This document shows, one piece after another, positions 17,757-26,983 of a stretch of DNA of 64,000 bases; positions within the stretch are counted from its first letter, which is position 1, and each line of letters starts with the position of its first letter. The notes beneath the pieces are model-generated. The model had not been told where the DNA came from and did not search any database. It saw nothing but the letters and a program-made list of their open reading frames with translations. Origin of the DNA: Patescibacteria group bacterium. GTDB taxonomy: Bacteria; Patescibacteriota; Patescibacteriia; UBA1558; GWA2-36-10. Both the position numbers and the translations under genes were made by a program. The stretch spans positions 220,392-284,391 of the forward strand of contig JBAYIR010000001.1 of assembly GCA_041665505.1 (NCBI GenBank), written 5' to 3'.

Positions 17757-19538
17757 ATGGAAAACAGAATTACAACTTTTGCTGAAACAAATTATAGAAA
17801 TTCCAATGTTAGATTTGGCATAAAAACTGATGACCGTCGTCGTCATATGTATTTTATTGGTAAAACTGGTATGGGTAAGTCTACAGTTTTGGAAAATATG
17901 ATTATTCAAGATATTCAAGACGGTAAGGGAGTTTGTGTAGTAGATCCTCACGGCGATTTAGTAGAGAAGGTCATTAATTTTGTGCCCTCTAGTCGTATTA
18001 ATGATGTAATATATTTTAATCCAGCTGACTTGGATTTTCCCATTGGTTTTAATGTTTTGGAAAAAGTAGATGCTAGCCAAAGGCATTTGGTTGTATCGGG
18101 ACTAATTGGTGTTTTTCAGAAGATTTGGGCTGATTCATGGGGTCCTAGATTGGAATATGTACTCCATCATGCTATTTCAGCTCTCTTAGAGTATCCTGGC
18201 TCCACTTTGCTTGGTATTATGAGAATGTTGACCGACAAAGCTTTTAGAAAAAGAGTAGTGGAAAAATTGTCTGATCCAGTAGTTAAAGCCTTTTGGATAG
18301 AAGAATATTCTAAATATCCAGATAGGTTTCAATCCGAAGCTATTGCTCCTATTCAAAATAAAGTTGGTCGTTTCCTTTCCTCAGCTTTGATTAGAAATAT
18401 ATTAGGGCAAGTCAATTCATCTTTTTCTATGAGAGATATCATGGATGGCCAAAAAATATTACTTTTGAATCTGTCTAAAGGTAGAGTAGGTGAAGATAAT
18501 TCAGCACTACTGGGGGCGATGATGATTACCAAAATTCAATTAGCCGCCATGAGTAGAGTTGATACTCCGGAAGAAGAAAGAAAAGATTTTTATCTATATG
18601 TAGATGAATTTCAAAATTTTGCTACAGATTCTTTTGCTAATATTTTATCTGAGGCTAGAAAATATAAACTTAATCTTATTATTGCTCACCAGTATATTGA
18701 ACAAGTAGAAGAAAATATTGCAGCAGCTGTTTTTGGTAATGTTGGTACTTTGATAGCTTTCAGAGTCGGTGCGGCTGATGCTGAATTTTTGGAAAAAGAA
18801 TTTTTTCCAACTTTTACTCAAGAGGATTTGGTCAATCTTTCCAAGTTTGAAATTTATATCAAACTAATGATTGATGGTGTAACCTCAGAAGCTTTTTCAG
18901 CTAGAACCTTGCCACCAGTAGCGATGACGGAAGAATTTATAGACATTAAAGAAAAAATAATCAGGGTGACTAGAGAAAGATATGCCAAACCAAGAGCAGT
19001 TATAGAAGATAAAATTATTCGTTGGTCAGAAGGCAGAGGAGAAGATGATATAGATAAGATTCCTGATAGATTAATCAATGAAGCTGTTATCGATAAGTCT
19101 CTCGCTAAAGACATAGCCCCTGTGAGTAGAGAAAATTCAGCTAGTAAAGCCAAGAAAAAAAGAAGAAAATCCAAAGACACTGGTTTTAGTAAAGATGTTA
19201 TTTGCGATTTGTGTGGTAAACAAACTACTATAAATTTTGATCCCGATCCAACTAAACCTATTTATTGCAGAGAGTGTCTAGACCTTTCTAGAGCTGGTAA
19301 AGTTCCGCCACCATCAAGTATTAAAATAATTTCTGATGACGGGCCAGTTGAAGAATTTACTTCTCTAGCTGATGCTTTGAAAGGCAGAAAAGTGACTGTC
19401 AAAAAAACTGAAAATTTAGAAAGTAAGTCAGAAGAGGAAGAAAATATAAAACAGAATGAAGATTTAAGCTCAGAAAAAATTAAAAAAGATGACCAGTCGG
19501 CTGAAGATTTAAAGCCCGGTCAAGTAATAAAATTTTAA
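17757..19538 (+). CDS. ATPase half of a split VirB4/VirD4-like P-loop ATPase, with a C-terminal acidic/Lys-rich tail and a CxxC...CxxC zinc ribbon
   Basis: RRRHMYFIGKTGMGKS, VVDPHGDL, LYVDEFQNF, AHQ. The C-terminus has CDLCGK...CRECL. The start lies 2 nt after the stop of the upstream ORF. Confidence 0.7.
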   Translation: MENRITTFAETNYRNSNVRFGIKTDDRRRHMYFIGKTGMGKSTVLENMIIQDIQDGKGVCVVDPHGDLVEKVINFVPSSRINDVIYFNPADLDFPIGFNVLEKVDASQRHLVVSGLIGVFQKIWADSWGPRLEYVLHHAISALLEYPGSTLLGIMRMLTDKAFRKRVVEKLSDPVVKAFWIEEYSKYPDRFQSEAIAPIQNKVGRFLSSALIRNILGQVNSSFSMRDIMDGQKILLLNLSKGRVGEDNSALLGAMMITKIQLAAMSRVDTPEEERKDFYLYVDEFQNFATDSFANILSEARKYKLNLIIAHQYIEQVEENIAAAVFGNVGTLIAFRVGAADAEFLEKEFFPTFTQEDLVNLSKFEIYIKLMIDGVTSEAFSARTLPPVAMTEEFIDIKEKIIRVTRERYAKPRAVIEDKIIRWSEGRGEDDIDKIPDRLINEAVIDKSLAKDIAPVSRENSASKAKKKRRKSKDTGFSKDVICDLCGKQTTINFDPDPTKPIYCRECLDLSRAGKVPPPSSIKIISDDGPVEEFTSLADALKGRKVTVKKTENLESKSEEEENIKQNEDLSSEKIKKDDQSAEDLKPGQVIKF

Positions 19539-19539
19539 A

Positions 19540-21039
19540 ATGCCATATTATTTAAAAATAAAAAAATTAGACATTGAGACTGGTCAGTCAAACATTGTTT
19601 TGCTCAATGTTGAAGAAGCTATGCGTTACGGCATTAAAGCTGGTGATAAAGTCAGAATCAGCTGGCAGAATCAGTCTATTATTGCTGAAGCTAATACTAG
19701 CCAAACAAGAGTTAGAGCAGGTCAGATTGGTTTGTATAAAGATATTTGGAAAAATATAAAGATATCGCCAAATACTATTGCGGAAATAGAGTTTTTAGAG
19801 CGGGCTCAATCTATACAAGCTATTAAAAAAAGATTATTAGGTAAAAAGTTAAATTATAAAGATTTTTATCAAATATTTTCTGATATTGCCAAGGGTGTTT
19901 TGACTCGTACCGAAACAACTTATTTTGTTGCTTCTAGTTTTATACGTGATTATAGTGACGAAGAGCTGTATTTTATGACCAAGGCTATGGCCGAGACGGG
20001 CGAAATGCTTAAATTTCCTAATAAGATAGTAGTAGATAAACACTCAGTTGGTGGTTTAGCTGGTAATCGTACTACTATGGTGGCTATACCAATATTGGCT
20101 AGTCTAGGATTGGTTATACCAAAAAATTCATCTCGAGCTATTACTTCACCAGCTGGTACAGCCGACACTATGGAGGTTTTAGCTCCAGTGTCTTTTTCCG
20201 CTAAGGAAATACAAGCTATTGTCAAAAAAACTGGGGGCTGTTTAGTGTGGGGTGGTGGTTTAAATCTGGCTCCCGCTGACGATAAAATACTACAAGTATC
20301 TTATCCTTTATCTATGGAACCATATGATAAGATGTTGGTTTCTATTATGGCCAAAAAAGTTGCTTCAGGCATTACCCATTTAGTTATAGATATGCCAGTT
20401 GGAGAGACTACCAAAATACCAAACATGAGAATAGCCAAAGAGCTGGAGAGGAAATTCAAATATATTGCTAGAAAATTTAATATAAAGATAAAAGTCATAA
20501 TGATTCAAACTGAAGATCCAATTGGTATGGGTGTTGGACCAGCTTTGGAGGCTCGCGATGTCTTAAGGGTGCTTCAACAAAAAGATAATTACCCAGCTGA
20601 TTTAGCTAATAAGTCTATTCATTTAGCAGGAGAGCTCTTGGAACTAGCTGGTAAGGCCAAAAAAGGCCATGGGGCTACCATGGCTTGGAAAGCTTTGGAA
20701 TCAGGAGCGGCTTGGAAAAAAATGCAAGAAATAATCAAAGCGCAAGGTGGAAAATATGATATTGATCCAAATGACATTGTCTTAGGTGCTCATAAAAAAT
20801 ATTATAATGCTGATAAATCTGGTTGTATTACTTTTACTGACAATAAAGCTATTAATACTGTCGCTCGTATTCTTGGTGCCCCTAAAGATCAACTAGCTGG
20901 TGTTTATCTCAATAAAGAATATAATGACCACGTCAAAAAAGGCGAGCGTTTATTTACGCTCTATGCTCGCACTAAAGAGCGAATCAAATTAGCTGATAAA
21001 GCCTTGGAAAAATTGAGTATATTTAAAATAGGCAAGTAA
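19540..21039 (+). CDS. AMP phosphorylase (archaeal-type thymidine phosphorylase family, DeoA-like)
   Basis: Carries the N-terminal extension characteristic of archaeal AMPpase. Conserved blocks HSVGGLAGNRTT, SSRAITSPAGTADTMEV and CLVWGGGLNLAPADD. Confidence 0.75.
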   Translation: MPYYLKIKKLDIETGQSNIVLLNVEEAMRYGIKAGDKVRISWQNQSIIAEANTSQTRVRAGQIGLYKDIWKNIKISPNTIAEIEFLERAQSIQAIKKRLLGKKLNYKDFYQIFSDIAKGVLTRTETTYFVASSFIRDYSDEELYFMTKAMAETGEMLKFPNKIVVDKHSVGGLAGNRTTMVAIPILASLGLVIPKNSSRAITSPAGTADTMEVLAPVSFSAKEIQAIVKKTGGCLVWGGGLNLAPADDKILQVSYPLSMEPYDKMLVSIMAKKVASGITHLVIDMPVGETTKIPNMRIAKELERKFKYIARKFNIKIKVIMIQTEDPIGMGVGPALEARDVLRVLQQKDNYPADLANKSIHLAGELLELAGKAKKGHGATMAWKALESGAAWKKMQEIIKAQGGKYDIDPNDIVLGAHKKYYNADKSGCITFTDNKAINTVARILGAPKDQLAGVYLNKEYNDHVKKGERLFTLYARTKERIKLADKALEKLSIFKIGK

Positions 21040-21040
21040 T

Positions 21041-21817
21041 ATGGAATACAACACTGTTGCTCTAAAATTAGCCAAACAAGCTGGAAAAATCATTAGAGAA
21101 AATTTTGTTTCTGGCATGGATAGGGAATATAAAGAAGATTTTACTCCTGTTACAAAAACTGATTTAGAAATAAATAGTTTAGTAATTAAAACTATAAAAA
21201 AATATTTTCCCAGTCACGATGTGATTGGTGAGGAGGAAAGTGATATTTCAGCTAATAGCGATTATAAATGGTATTGTGATCCAGTTGATGGTACTATACC
21301 ATTTGCCAATCATATTCCAGTGTCTACTTTTTCTTTAGCCTTGGCTTATAAAGGTGAAATAATCCTAGGAGTAGTGTGTGAGCCTTTTATGAAAAATGTT
21401 TACTACGCTGAGAAAGGTAAGGGGGCTTATAGAAATGGGAAAAAAATATCCGTGTCTACTGATCAGGAATTAAAAGGTAGAATAATTGGTTTTGAGCATT
21501 GGTCTATAGCTAAATTTGATATATCAAAAATAATGGCGGTAGTGGAAGAAGACCATATTAAAGCTTTAAAATTTGCTTCTTTTGTTTATCTGAGTGTTTT
21601 GGTAGCTAAAGGTGATTTAATGGCTACAATTTTCCCTCACACCACTGCTCATGATATGGCAGCTGTTGATATTATTGTCAGAGAAGCAGGTGGCAAAGTG
21701 ACTGATTTGTATGGTCAACCACTCAATTTTGATAAAGAGTTAAATGGTATGATTGCTAGCAATGTTTTAATACATGATTATCTTTTACAAAAAATTAAAG
21801 CCAATGTCAAATTGTAA
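21041..21817 (+). CDS. Inositol monophosphatase family protein
   Basis: DPVDGT motif and the WYCDPVDGTIPFANHIP block. Confidence 0.75.
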   Translation: MEYNTVALKLAKQAGKIIRENFVSGMDREYKEDFTPVTKTDLEINSLVIKTIKKYFPSHDVIGEEESDISANSDYKWYCDPVDGTIPFANHIPVSTFSLALAYKGEIILGVVCEPFMKNVYYAEKGKGAYRNGKKISVSTDQELKGRIIGFEHWSIAKFDISKIMAVVEEDHIKALKFASFVYLSVLVAKGDLMATIFPHTTAHDMAAVDIIVREAGGKVTDLYGQPLNFDKELNGMIASNVLIHDYLLQKIKANVKL

Positions 21818-22869
21818 TGCTTAAATCCAAAATTAAAATATTAGTTGGATTATCTGGCGGCGTTGATAGCACCCTTAGTTTGTATTTATTACAAAAGCAA
21901 GGCTACCAGGTGGAGGCAGCCTTTATGAAAAACTTTTCGGAAAAGGTCAATATTAAAGGAGAATGTCCTTGGAAAGAAGATCGCTTAATGGCTTATCGAG
22001 TAGCTGCTCATCTTAAAGTGCCTATTCAAACTCTTGATTTTGAAAAACAATATCATGACAAGATAGTTGATTATATTTTTGATTCATATCAAGCAGGACT
22101 GACACCCAATCCAGATGTGCTTTGCAATAACGAAATTAAGTTTAAATTGTTTTTAGAGCAGGCTACTAAACTCGGTTTTGATAAAATAGCTACTGGTCAT
22201 TATGCTAAAATCAAAGAAGATAAAAATGGTTTTCATCTACTGCGCGCTAAAGATCCCAACAAAGATCAGTCATATTTTCTAGCTGGTTTAAATCAAAATC
22301 AACTGGCCAAAGCAATATTTCCTATCGGCGATATTATTAAAACAGAAGTCAGACAACTAGCCAAGAAGGCCAAATTACCCAATGCTGATAGAAAAGATAG
22401 TCAGGGAATTTGTTTTATTGGTAAGATAGATTTAAAAACTTTTCTGCAGCAAAAAATAAAAGCCAAAGTGGGGGAGATACTAGATACTAAAGGCAATAAA
22501 ATAGGTACTCACCAAGGAGTTTGGTATTATACTATTGGTCAGAGGAAAGGACTAGATATTGGTGGTAGCGGTCCTTGGTATGTAGTTAGTAAAGATCTTA
22601 AAAATAATCAACTAATTGTTGGCCATGTTGATGATGAAAAACTGTACAACAAAAGTGTCCAGATTTCAGATTTACATTGGCTTGCTAAAGAATACGAATT
22701 ACCACTCAAAGCTAAAGCTCAGATCCGCTATCGTCAAGCTGGCCAAGATGTCGTTTTAGTAGCTCCAGACAAAGCGGAATTTAAAAAAGCCCAAGCTGGG
22801 GTAGCTTCTGGACAAACATTGGCTATTTATAAAGGCAGAGAGCTCATTGCTAGTGCTATTATTGTCTAA
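21817..22869 (+). CDS. mnmA: tRNA-specific 2-thiouridylase
   Basis: PP-loop VGLSGGVDSTLS and conserved Cys residues (LCNNEIKF, GICFIG). Confidence 0.88.
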   Translation: MLKSKIKILVGLSGGVDSTLSLYLLQKQGYQVEAAFMKNFSEKVNIKGECPWKEDRLMAYRVAAHLKVPIQTLDFEKQYHDKIVDYIFDSYQAGLTPNPDVLCNNEIKFKLFLEQATKLGFDKIATGHYAKIKEDKNGFHLLRAKDPNKDQSYFLAGLNQNQLAKAIFPIGDIIKTEVRQLAKKAKLPNADRKDSQGICFIGKIDLKTFLQQKIKAKVGEILDTKGNKIGTHQGVWYYTIGQRKGLDIGGSGPWYVVSKDLKNNQLIVGHVDDEKLYNKSVQISDLHWLAKEYELPLKAKAQIRYRQAGQDVVLVAPDKAEFKKAQAGVASGQTLAIYKGRELIASAIIV

Positions 22870-22977
22870 TTATTTAGCTAACTATTTTGCTCTATTTCAA
22901 GTATTGTTGACAGGGGCTTTTTCTTTTTCCTCAAAATAAGCTACAATAAGAGTATATAAAAAATTTAAAATAATCCT

Positions 22978-23589
22978 ATGAAAAAATCATTATTAATTTT
23001 ATTTATTTTTCCTCTACTAATAGGGGCTGCTTGCACTTCAAAAGATGTTCAAAAATCTGAAGAACTAAACACCAATGAAGAACCAAAACTTGAAGAAAAA
23101 CAAGTCGTTGAAGAGAATATCATAGAGCCTAGTAATCAAACATATACCTTGTATGAAAATAAGGCTATTGGTTACAAAGTTTTGCGACCAGATGGCTGGT
23201 ATTGGCGACATTTTATGAAAGCTGATTTAAAAACCGCTGGTGTTAATGAATTGATTGATGATTATTTAATTATAGACAAAAATATTATCAAAGGTTTAGG
23301 GTCTGAATATTTAGGAGAAATTGTTATTGGAAAATCAAGGATGAATTTAGAGGAGCTAGCCAAACAAAAAAACGGATACAGCACTAGAGAAGCTACTGTA
23401 GCTGGATTAGCTGCTACTAGATTTGAAATACAAACTAGCGAAGATAATTTATTCCCAAATAGAAAAATTGTTGAGTACCATTTGTTAAAAAATGACGAGA
23501 CATTCGTATTAAGTTATATGTCTAGTGATGATAAGACTGGTGAAGCTATTTTTGAAAAAGTAGTGGCTAGTTTTTCCTTTGTTAAATAA
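22978..23589 (+). CDS. Putative lipoprotein
   Basis: Signal peptide with lipobox LLIGAAC. Confidence 0.5.
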   Translation: MKKSLLILFIFPLLIGAACTSKDVQKSEELNTNEEPKLEEKQVVEENIIEPSNQTYTLYENKAIGYKVLRPDGWYWRHFMKADLKTAGVNELIDDYLIIDKNIIKGLGSEYLGEIVIGKSRMNLEELAKQKNGYSTREATVAGLAATRFEIQTSEDNLFPNRKIVEYHLLKNDETFVLSYMSSDDKTGEAIFEKVVASFSFVK

Positions 23590-23605
23590 AGTTAATATAA
23601 AATAT

Positions 23606-23803
23606 ATGGCTAGAATTGTAAAAAAAGAAGCTCATGGGCCAATAGAGATAAAAGCTAGCGATAAAAATGTTTCGATTTGTGCTTGTGGTTTGAGTAAAAA
23701 TCAACCTTTTTGTGATGGCTCACATAAAATGACCCTAGATGAAGAAGATGGTGTTACTTATAGATATGATGACCATGGTCACCGAGAAAAAATTCAAGAG
23801 TAG
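23606..23803 (+). CDS. CDGSH iron-sulfur domain protein
   Basis: [16 protein letters not shown] signature. The start was moved to the internal Met (MARIVKK), which matches typical family length. Confidence 0.7.
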   Translation: MARIVKKEAHGPIEIKASDKNVSICACGLSKNQPFCDGSHKMTLDEEDGVTYRYDDHGHREKIQE

Positions 23804-23824
23804 ATAAATCTTAAATTTACAAAT

Positions 23825-24025
23825 ATGGATGAAGAACTATATAAAAAAATAGACGCTCTGGAAATAAAAATAAACGAAATTTACAAAGTTACCAATGCCG
23901 CTAAAAAAATGTTTATTTGGAGCTCGGTGATTAGCCTATTATTATTTGTCATACCTCTAATTATACTAATGTTTGTTTTACCGGGTATGCTTGATACTCT
24001 TACTAGCTCTTATTCTGGTTTATAA
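23825..24025 (+). CDS. Small membrane protein
   Basis: 66 aa with a single TM helix. Confidence 0.3.
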   Translation: MDEELYKKIDALEIKINEIYKVTNAAKKMFIWSSVISLLLFVIPLIILMFVLPGMLDTLTSSYSGL

Positions 24026-24040
24026 TTATCTATCATAAAC

Positions 24041-24084
24041 AAAAAATCATCCAGTTGCTCGTGAATGGCTGGATGATTTTTTTA
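24041..24084. terminator. Bidirectional intrinsic terminator between convergent genes
   Basis: Perfect 10-bp stem AATCATCCAG/CTGGATGATT flanked by an A-run and a T-run. Confidence 0.65.
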
Positions 24085-24525
24085 TTCTATCTTGATTATT
24101 TCATATTTAGCTAGCTTATCACCCAATTTTATTTCTACAATATCTCCAATAGCTTTACCCAATAAAGCTAAGCCTAAGGGAGAGTGGTGAGAAATAACCC
24201 CCGCGCTAGGATTGGTTTCTGAAGAGCCTAAAATACGATATTGCCGTTTCTGGTCATCTATTTTAGTAGTTATTAAATGGCCGATTTGCACAGTTTGTTT
24301 ATTTTTATTTACTTCAATAATTTGGGCATTGGCAATTTGTTTTTCAATATTTAATATTTTTTGATTTACCCCACGCAGGCTGCCTTTGGCCATTTGGTAA
24401 GCGGCATTTTCAGAAAAATCACCCATCAAAGCCAATCTTTTTACTTCGGCAATCAACTTAGGCTGAACATCTTTTTTTAATCTATCTAAATTTTTTTCTA
24501 GCTCAGCCAATTTATCCTCCGTCAT
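24082..24525 (-). CDS. greA: Transcription elongation factor GreA
   Basis: GreA N-terminal coiled coil (MTEDKLAELEKNLDRLK) and C-terminal FKBP-like domain. The ORF track extends 21 codons further to 24588, but the family N-terminus supports the internal Met. Confidence 0.8.
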   Translation of the reverse strand: MTEDKLAELEKNLDRLKKDVQPKLIAEVKRLALMGDFSENAAYQMAKGSLRGVNQKILNIEKQIANAQIIEVNKNKQTVQIGHLITTKIDDQKRQYRILGSSETNPSAGVISHHSPLGLALLGKAIGDIVEIKLGDKLAKYEIIKIE

Positions 24526-24669
24526 AAAAGGATCAGATTTTATATTTGTGTATTGTCCACCTTTTCTAATTGGTACTCTCATAGTCACTAGTATACTTTA
24601 TATATTATTTTTTTGCTAATTATTTTTTATAAAAAATAATAACTGTGGATAAGTATGCTTATAAAAGTA

Positions 24670-24697
24670 TTGACATAGTTTGTAGATGTGATATTAT
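24670..24697 (+). promoter_or_regulatory. Sigma-70-type promoter (TTGACA-16-TATTAT)
   Basis: Consensus -35 and -10 boxes precede the GC-rich, ORF-free stretch. Confidence 0.5.
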
Positions 24698-24704
24698 TTA
24701 TTTA

Positions 24705-24925
24705 CAAGATCGACAGTAGAGAGAGGTTAAGGGGAGGGAAGGATACAAGTTTCTGGATGAAGTTTCTGCGGCTTAGCACTAGGCAATAGAAACTTCATCC
24801 ACAATCATATCCCATCCCAATCACAAAAAAAATCACAACCCCTATCACAATCACAACCTATCACTCTCAACACCAACCCCTGTCGGTCTTGAATCATGTC
24901 CAAAAAATTTAGGGACATTTTTTGT
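24705..24925 (+). ncRNA. Candidate structured sRNA of unknown class
   Basis: No ORF on either strand, and GC-rich relative to the flanks. A 13-bp perfect internal hairpin (24755-24767 with 24788-24800) is nested in an outer helix (24708-24716 with 24880-24888). A CA-rich tract carries repeated AUCACA motifs. The 3' hairpin at 24895-24918 is followed by T6. Confidence 0.4.
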
Positions 24926-24994
24926 TTGACTTAAATTGTTTTAAATAAATAAAAAAACCTCTTTAAAAAGGTATTTTTTGTTTAATAATGTTTA

Positions 24995-25507
24995 TTATTT
25001 TGGTACACTCACACAAGAAAGAGAGGTATAACCCTCACCATCACATTCATCTATACGAGGCTGGGTCTCTAAATTAAACTGTAAAAGATAATAATTTTTA
25101 GGAGAACCAATAATCTTTTGGTACAAATATAAATAAATAACTTGATTTGGTTCATTTTGATTAACTACAGCATTAATTGGATCGCGTGGCATAGCATCTA
25201 AACCAGGTAGCCATTGATTATCTATAGGGTGGTTATAATCAGCACTGATACAGCCACTTATACTTAGTAGACCAGAACATCTGCCATCTTCGGCAGGATA
25301 ATCATCGCCTGTAGTATAATTATAAATTTCCAAAGCTTTACGAATTTGAGTAATATCGCTTAGTCTTCTAGCATCTCTAGCCTTAGCTTTAAAATGGTTT
25401 AAATTAACTACTGCCGCAGTAGAAATAATACCAATAATAGCAATTACTACCAATAATTCCACTAAAGTAAAACCTAGTTTTTGTCTTTTAAAATGGTATA
25501 AAAGCAT
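24995..25507 (-). CDS. Type IV pilin/pseudopilin (prepilin with N-terminal methylation motif)
   Basis: KLGFTLVELLVVIAIIGIIS class III signal and hydrophobic helix. C-terminal Cys pair. Confidence 0.8.
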   Translation of the reverse strand: MLLYHFKRQKLGFTLVELLVVIAIIGIISTAAVVNLNHFKAKARDARRLSDITQIRKALEIYNYTTGDDYPAEDGRCSGLLSISGCISADYNHPIDNQWLPGLDAMPRDPINAVVNQNEPNQVIYLYLYQKIIGSPKNYYLLQFNLETQPRIDECDGEGYTSLSCVSVPK

Positions 25508-25632
25508 AACTATATAAGTATAGCATAAATTTGCTTTTTATTAATAGACTTTGTTATGCTTGAAATTATAAAATAGAGAAAGAGGAGACGCCCTAAGACG
25601 CCTCCTCTTACATATAGCTCAGGCTATTGATG

Positions 25633-25845
25633 CTAAATAGCCTTGAAGTTGCCCCAACCATTCCAAAGAGGCTGACCATGACGATCCCGCTGAGAGTCTA
25701 CCTGTATGAAAACGTCTTGGATGCTAGTCAAACCCCATCCAGCCAGAATTTCACGAGGTGGGTCTTTGCGGATGCCAGTGATAATATGAATCTTGCCACT
25801 ACCAATGGCTTTGACTTTCTGACCCTTTTTGAATTCACAAGGCAT
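25633..25845 (-). CDS. Small hypothetical protein (70 aa)
   Basis: Perfect SD AAGGAGG 7 nt upstream of the ATG. Lies in the GC-rich island. Confidence 0.5.
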   Translation of the reverse strand: MPCEFKKGQKVKAIGSGKIHIITGIRKDPPREILAGWGLTSIQDVFIQVDSQRDRHGQPLWNGWGNFKAI

Positions 25846-25869
25846 TTTCTTTCCTCCTTGAGCTGGAAG

Positions 25870-25901
25870 GCATGTGGTGTGTGAGAGAACAAAAAAGTCG
25901 C
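25870..25901 (-). terminator. Hairpin plus U-tract in the 5' leader of the small ORF (terminator or attenuator)
   Basis: On the minus strand, GTCGCTTAG-cagt-AAGCGAC followed by TTTTTT, located just upstream of the RBS. Confidence 0.45.
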
Positions 25902-26107
25902 TTACTGCTAAGCGACGAACTGGTATTTAATATAAATTATAGACTAAATAACAAATCACCACTTAACAATATAAGGGTTGTACCAAAAGAAGAAAAAATT
26001 TGGCTTGATTTGTCTCATAAAATATATATTATAATATTTTATTCAATTTGGCAAGTAACTTAAAAAAGAGCTTTTTTAAAAGCTTATATTTTTGATTAAT
26101 TTTTTGA

Positions 26108-26142
26108 GTGCCTGCCTCATCACGCTAAAGGTGACGAGGCAG
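26108..26142 (-). terminator. Stem-loop immediately 3' of the hydrolase gene
   Basis: 14-bp stem GCCTGCCTCATCAC/GTGACGAGGCAGGC with one mismatch. A second small hairpin plus U-run follows at about 26055-26075 on the minus strand. Confidence 0.45.
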
Positions 26143-26152
26143 GCTCAAGACT

Positions 26153-26833
26153 TCAGACGTCCGCTATGATGCGGTCGCCGTATTCACGACGGAAGGAGTT
26201 GATTTGCAGAAGCAGAGCCTCCAAGAGATGTTCTCCAACATAGATTCGAGTTGGAGACTGCCAGTGTGAGGACTGCTCCATGAGCTCCAAGAGGTATCTG
26301 GCCAAAGGCACATATTCGCGAATGGTTTCGTTTATTTGCTTGATTTGAAACTCTGGGTCAGCCTTGAATCCCAGAGTGCGAAGATTGGCTACCCGATCAG
26401 CTAGTTTGAGAATAATTACCTCAATACTGCCAGCTTCTCGCATTTGACGGATATAAGAAAGCTTATCCCGCTTATAATCTTCGCCTTTACTCAAAAGTTC
26501 AACCCAATAGCGGACTGTGGAGCCAAAAAGCCTCTCAATCTTGTCCAAGCTGAGTTTGTCAGCCTCTACAGCATCATGAAGCCAAGTCACAACATTCATC
26601 TGCCAGTCGTCTTTGATACCCAGTTCGCAGCTGACTAAATCAGCTACATCACGCAGGTGTTTGAAGTAGTAGGTGACACCATCACCACGATACTCACCAC
26701 GGTGAGCCCATTTCCCCAGACGGTAGGCGCAGACCATCAAGCGTGCTTCTTCAGGGTCATTGATGTAACCCTGAAAACGAACCAAATAGCGTTCGTAGCC
26801 GCGCATTTCCTCAGGTTTTTTTCTGACTTTCAT
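26153..26833 (-). CDS. HD-domain (p)ppGpp hydrolase, SpoT/Mesh1-type small alarmone hydrolase
   Basis: LHDAVED and KLADRVANLRTL match the RelA/SpoT HD hydrolase motifs. Strong SD AAGGGGGT before the internal Met (MKVRKK), so the start was trimmed from the ORF-track coordinate 26869. Distinctly higher GC than the genome. Confidence 0.7.
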   Translation of the reverse strand: MKVRKKPEEMRGYERYLVRFQGYINDPEEARLMVCAYRLGKWAHRGEYRGDGVTYYFKHLRDVADLVSCELGIKDDWQMNVVTWLHDAVEADKLSLDKIERLFGSTVRYWVELLSKGEDYKRDKLSYIRQMREAGSIEVIILKLADRVANLRTLGFKADPEFQIKQINETIREYVPLARYLLELMEQSSHWQSPTRIYVGEHLLEALLLQINSFRREYGDRIIADV

Positions 26834-26947
26834 GTTCGTTACCCCCTTGTTGACGTGAATTGTAAACAACCAAAGTTAATGTCAATAGTTATACTATAGT
26901 CCAAAATTAATGTCAAACATATATTTGTTGATAAATTAGCTAAAATA

Positions 26948-26977
26948 TTGACATAATATCTTTTTTTGTTCTATTAT
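26948..26977 (+). promoter_or_regulatory. Sigma-70 promoter (TTGACA-18-TATTAT)
   Basis: Consensus boxes upstream of an ORF-free GC-rich unit. Confidence 0.55.
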
Positions 26978-26983
26978 TTAAGG

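Noticed and set aside
25627-26063. Plus-strand ORFs 25627-25884 and 25872-26063
   Set aside because: They are antisense to the well-supported minus-strand small ORF (perfect SD) and its leader, and they span promoter and terminator elements. They are likely spurious.
26444-26899. Plus-strand ORFs 26444-26638 and 26657-26899
   Set aside because: They lie antisense within the HD-domain hydrolase gene. GC-rich DNA gives long random ORFs.
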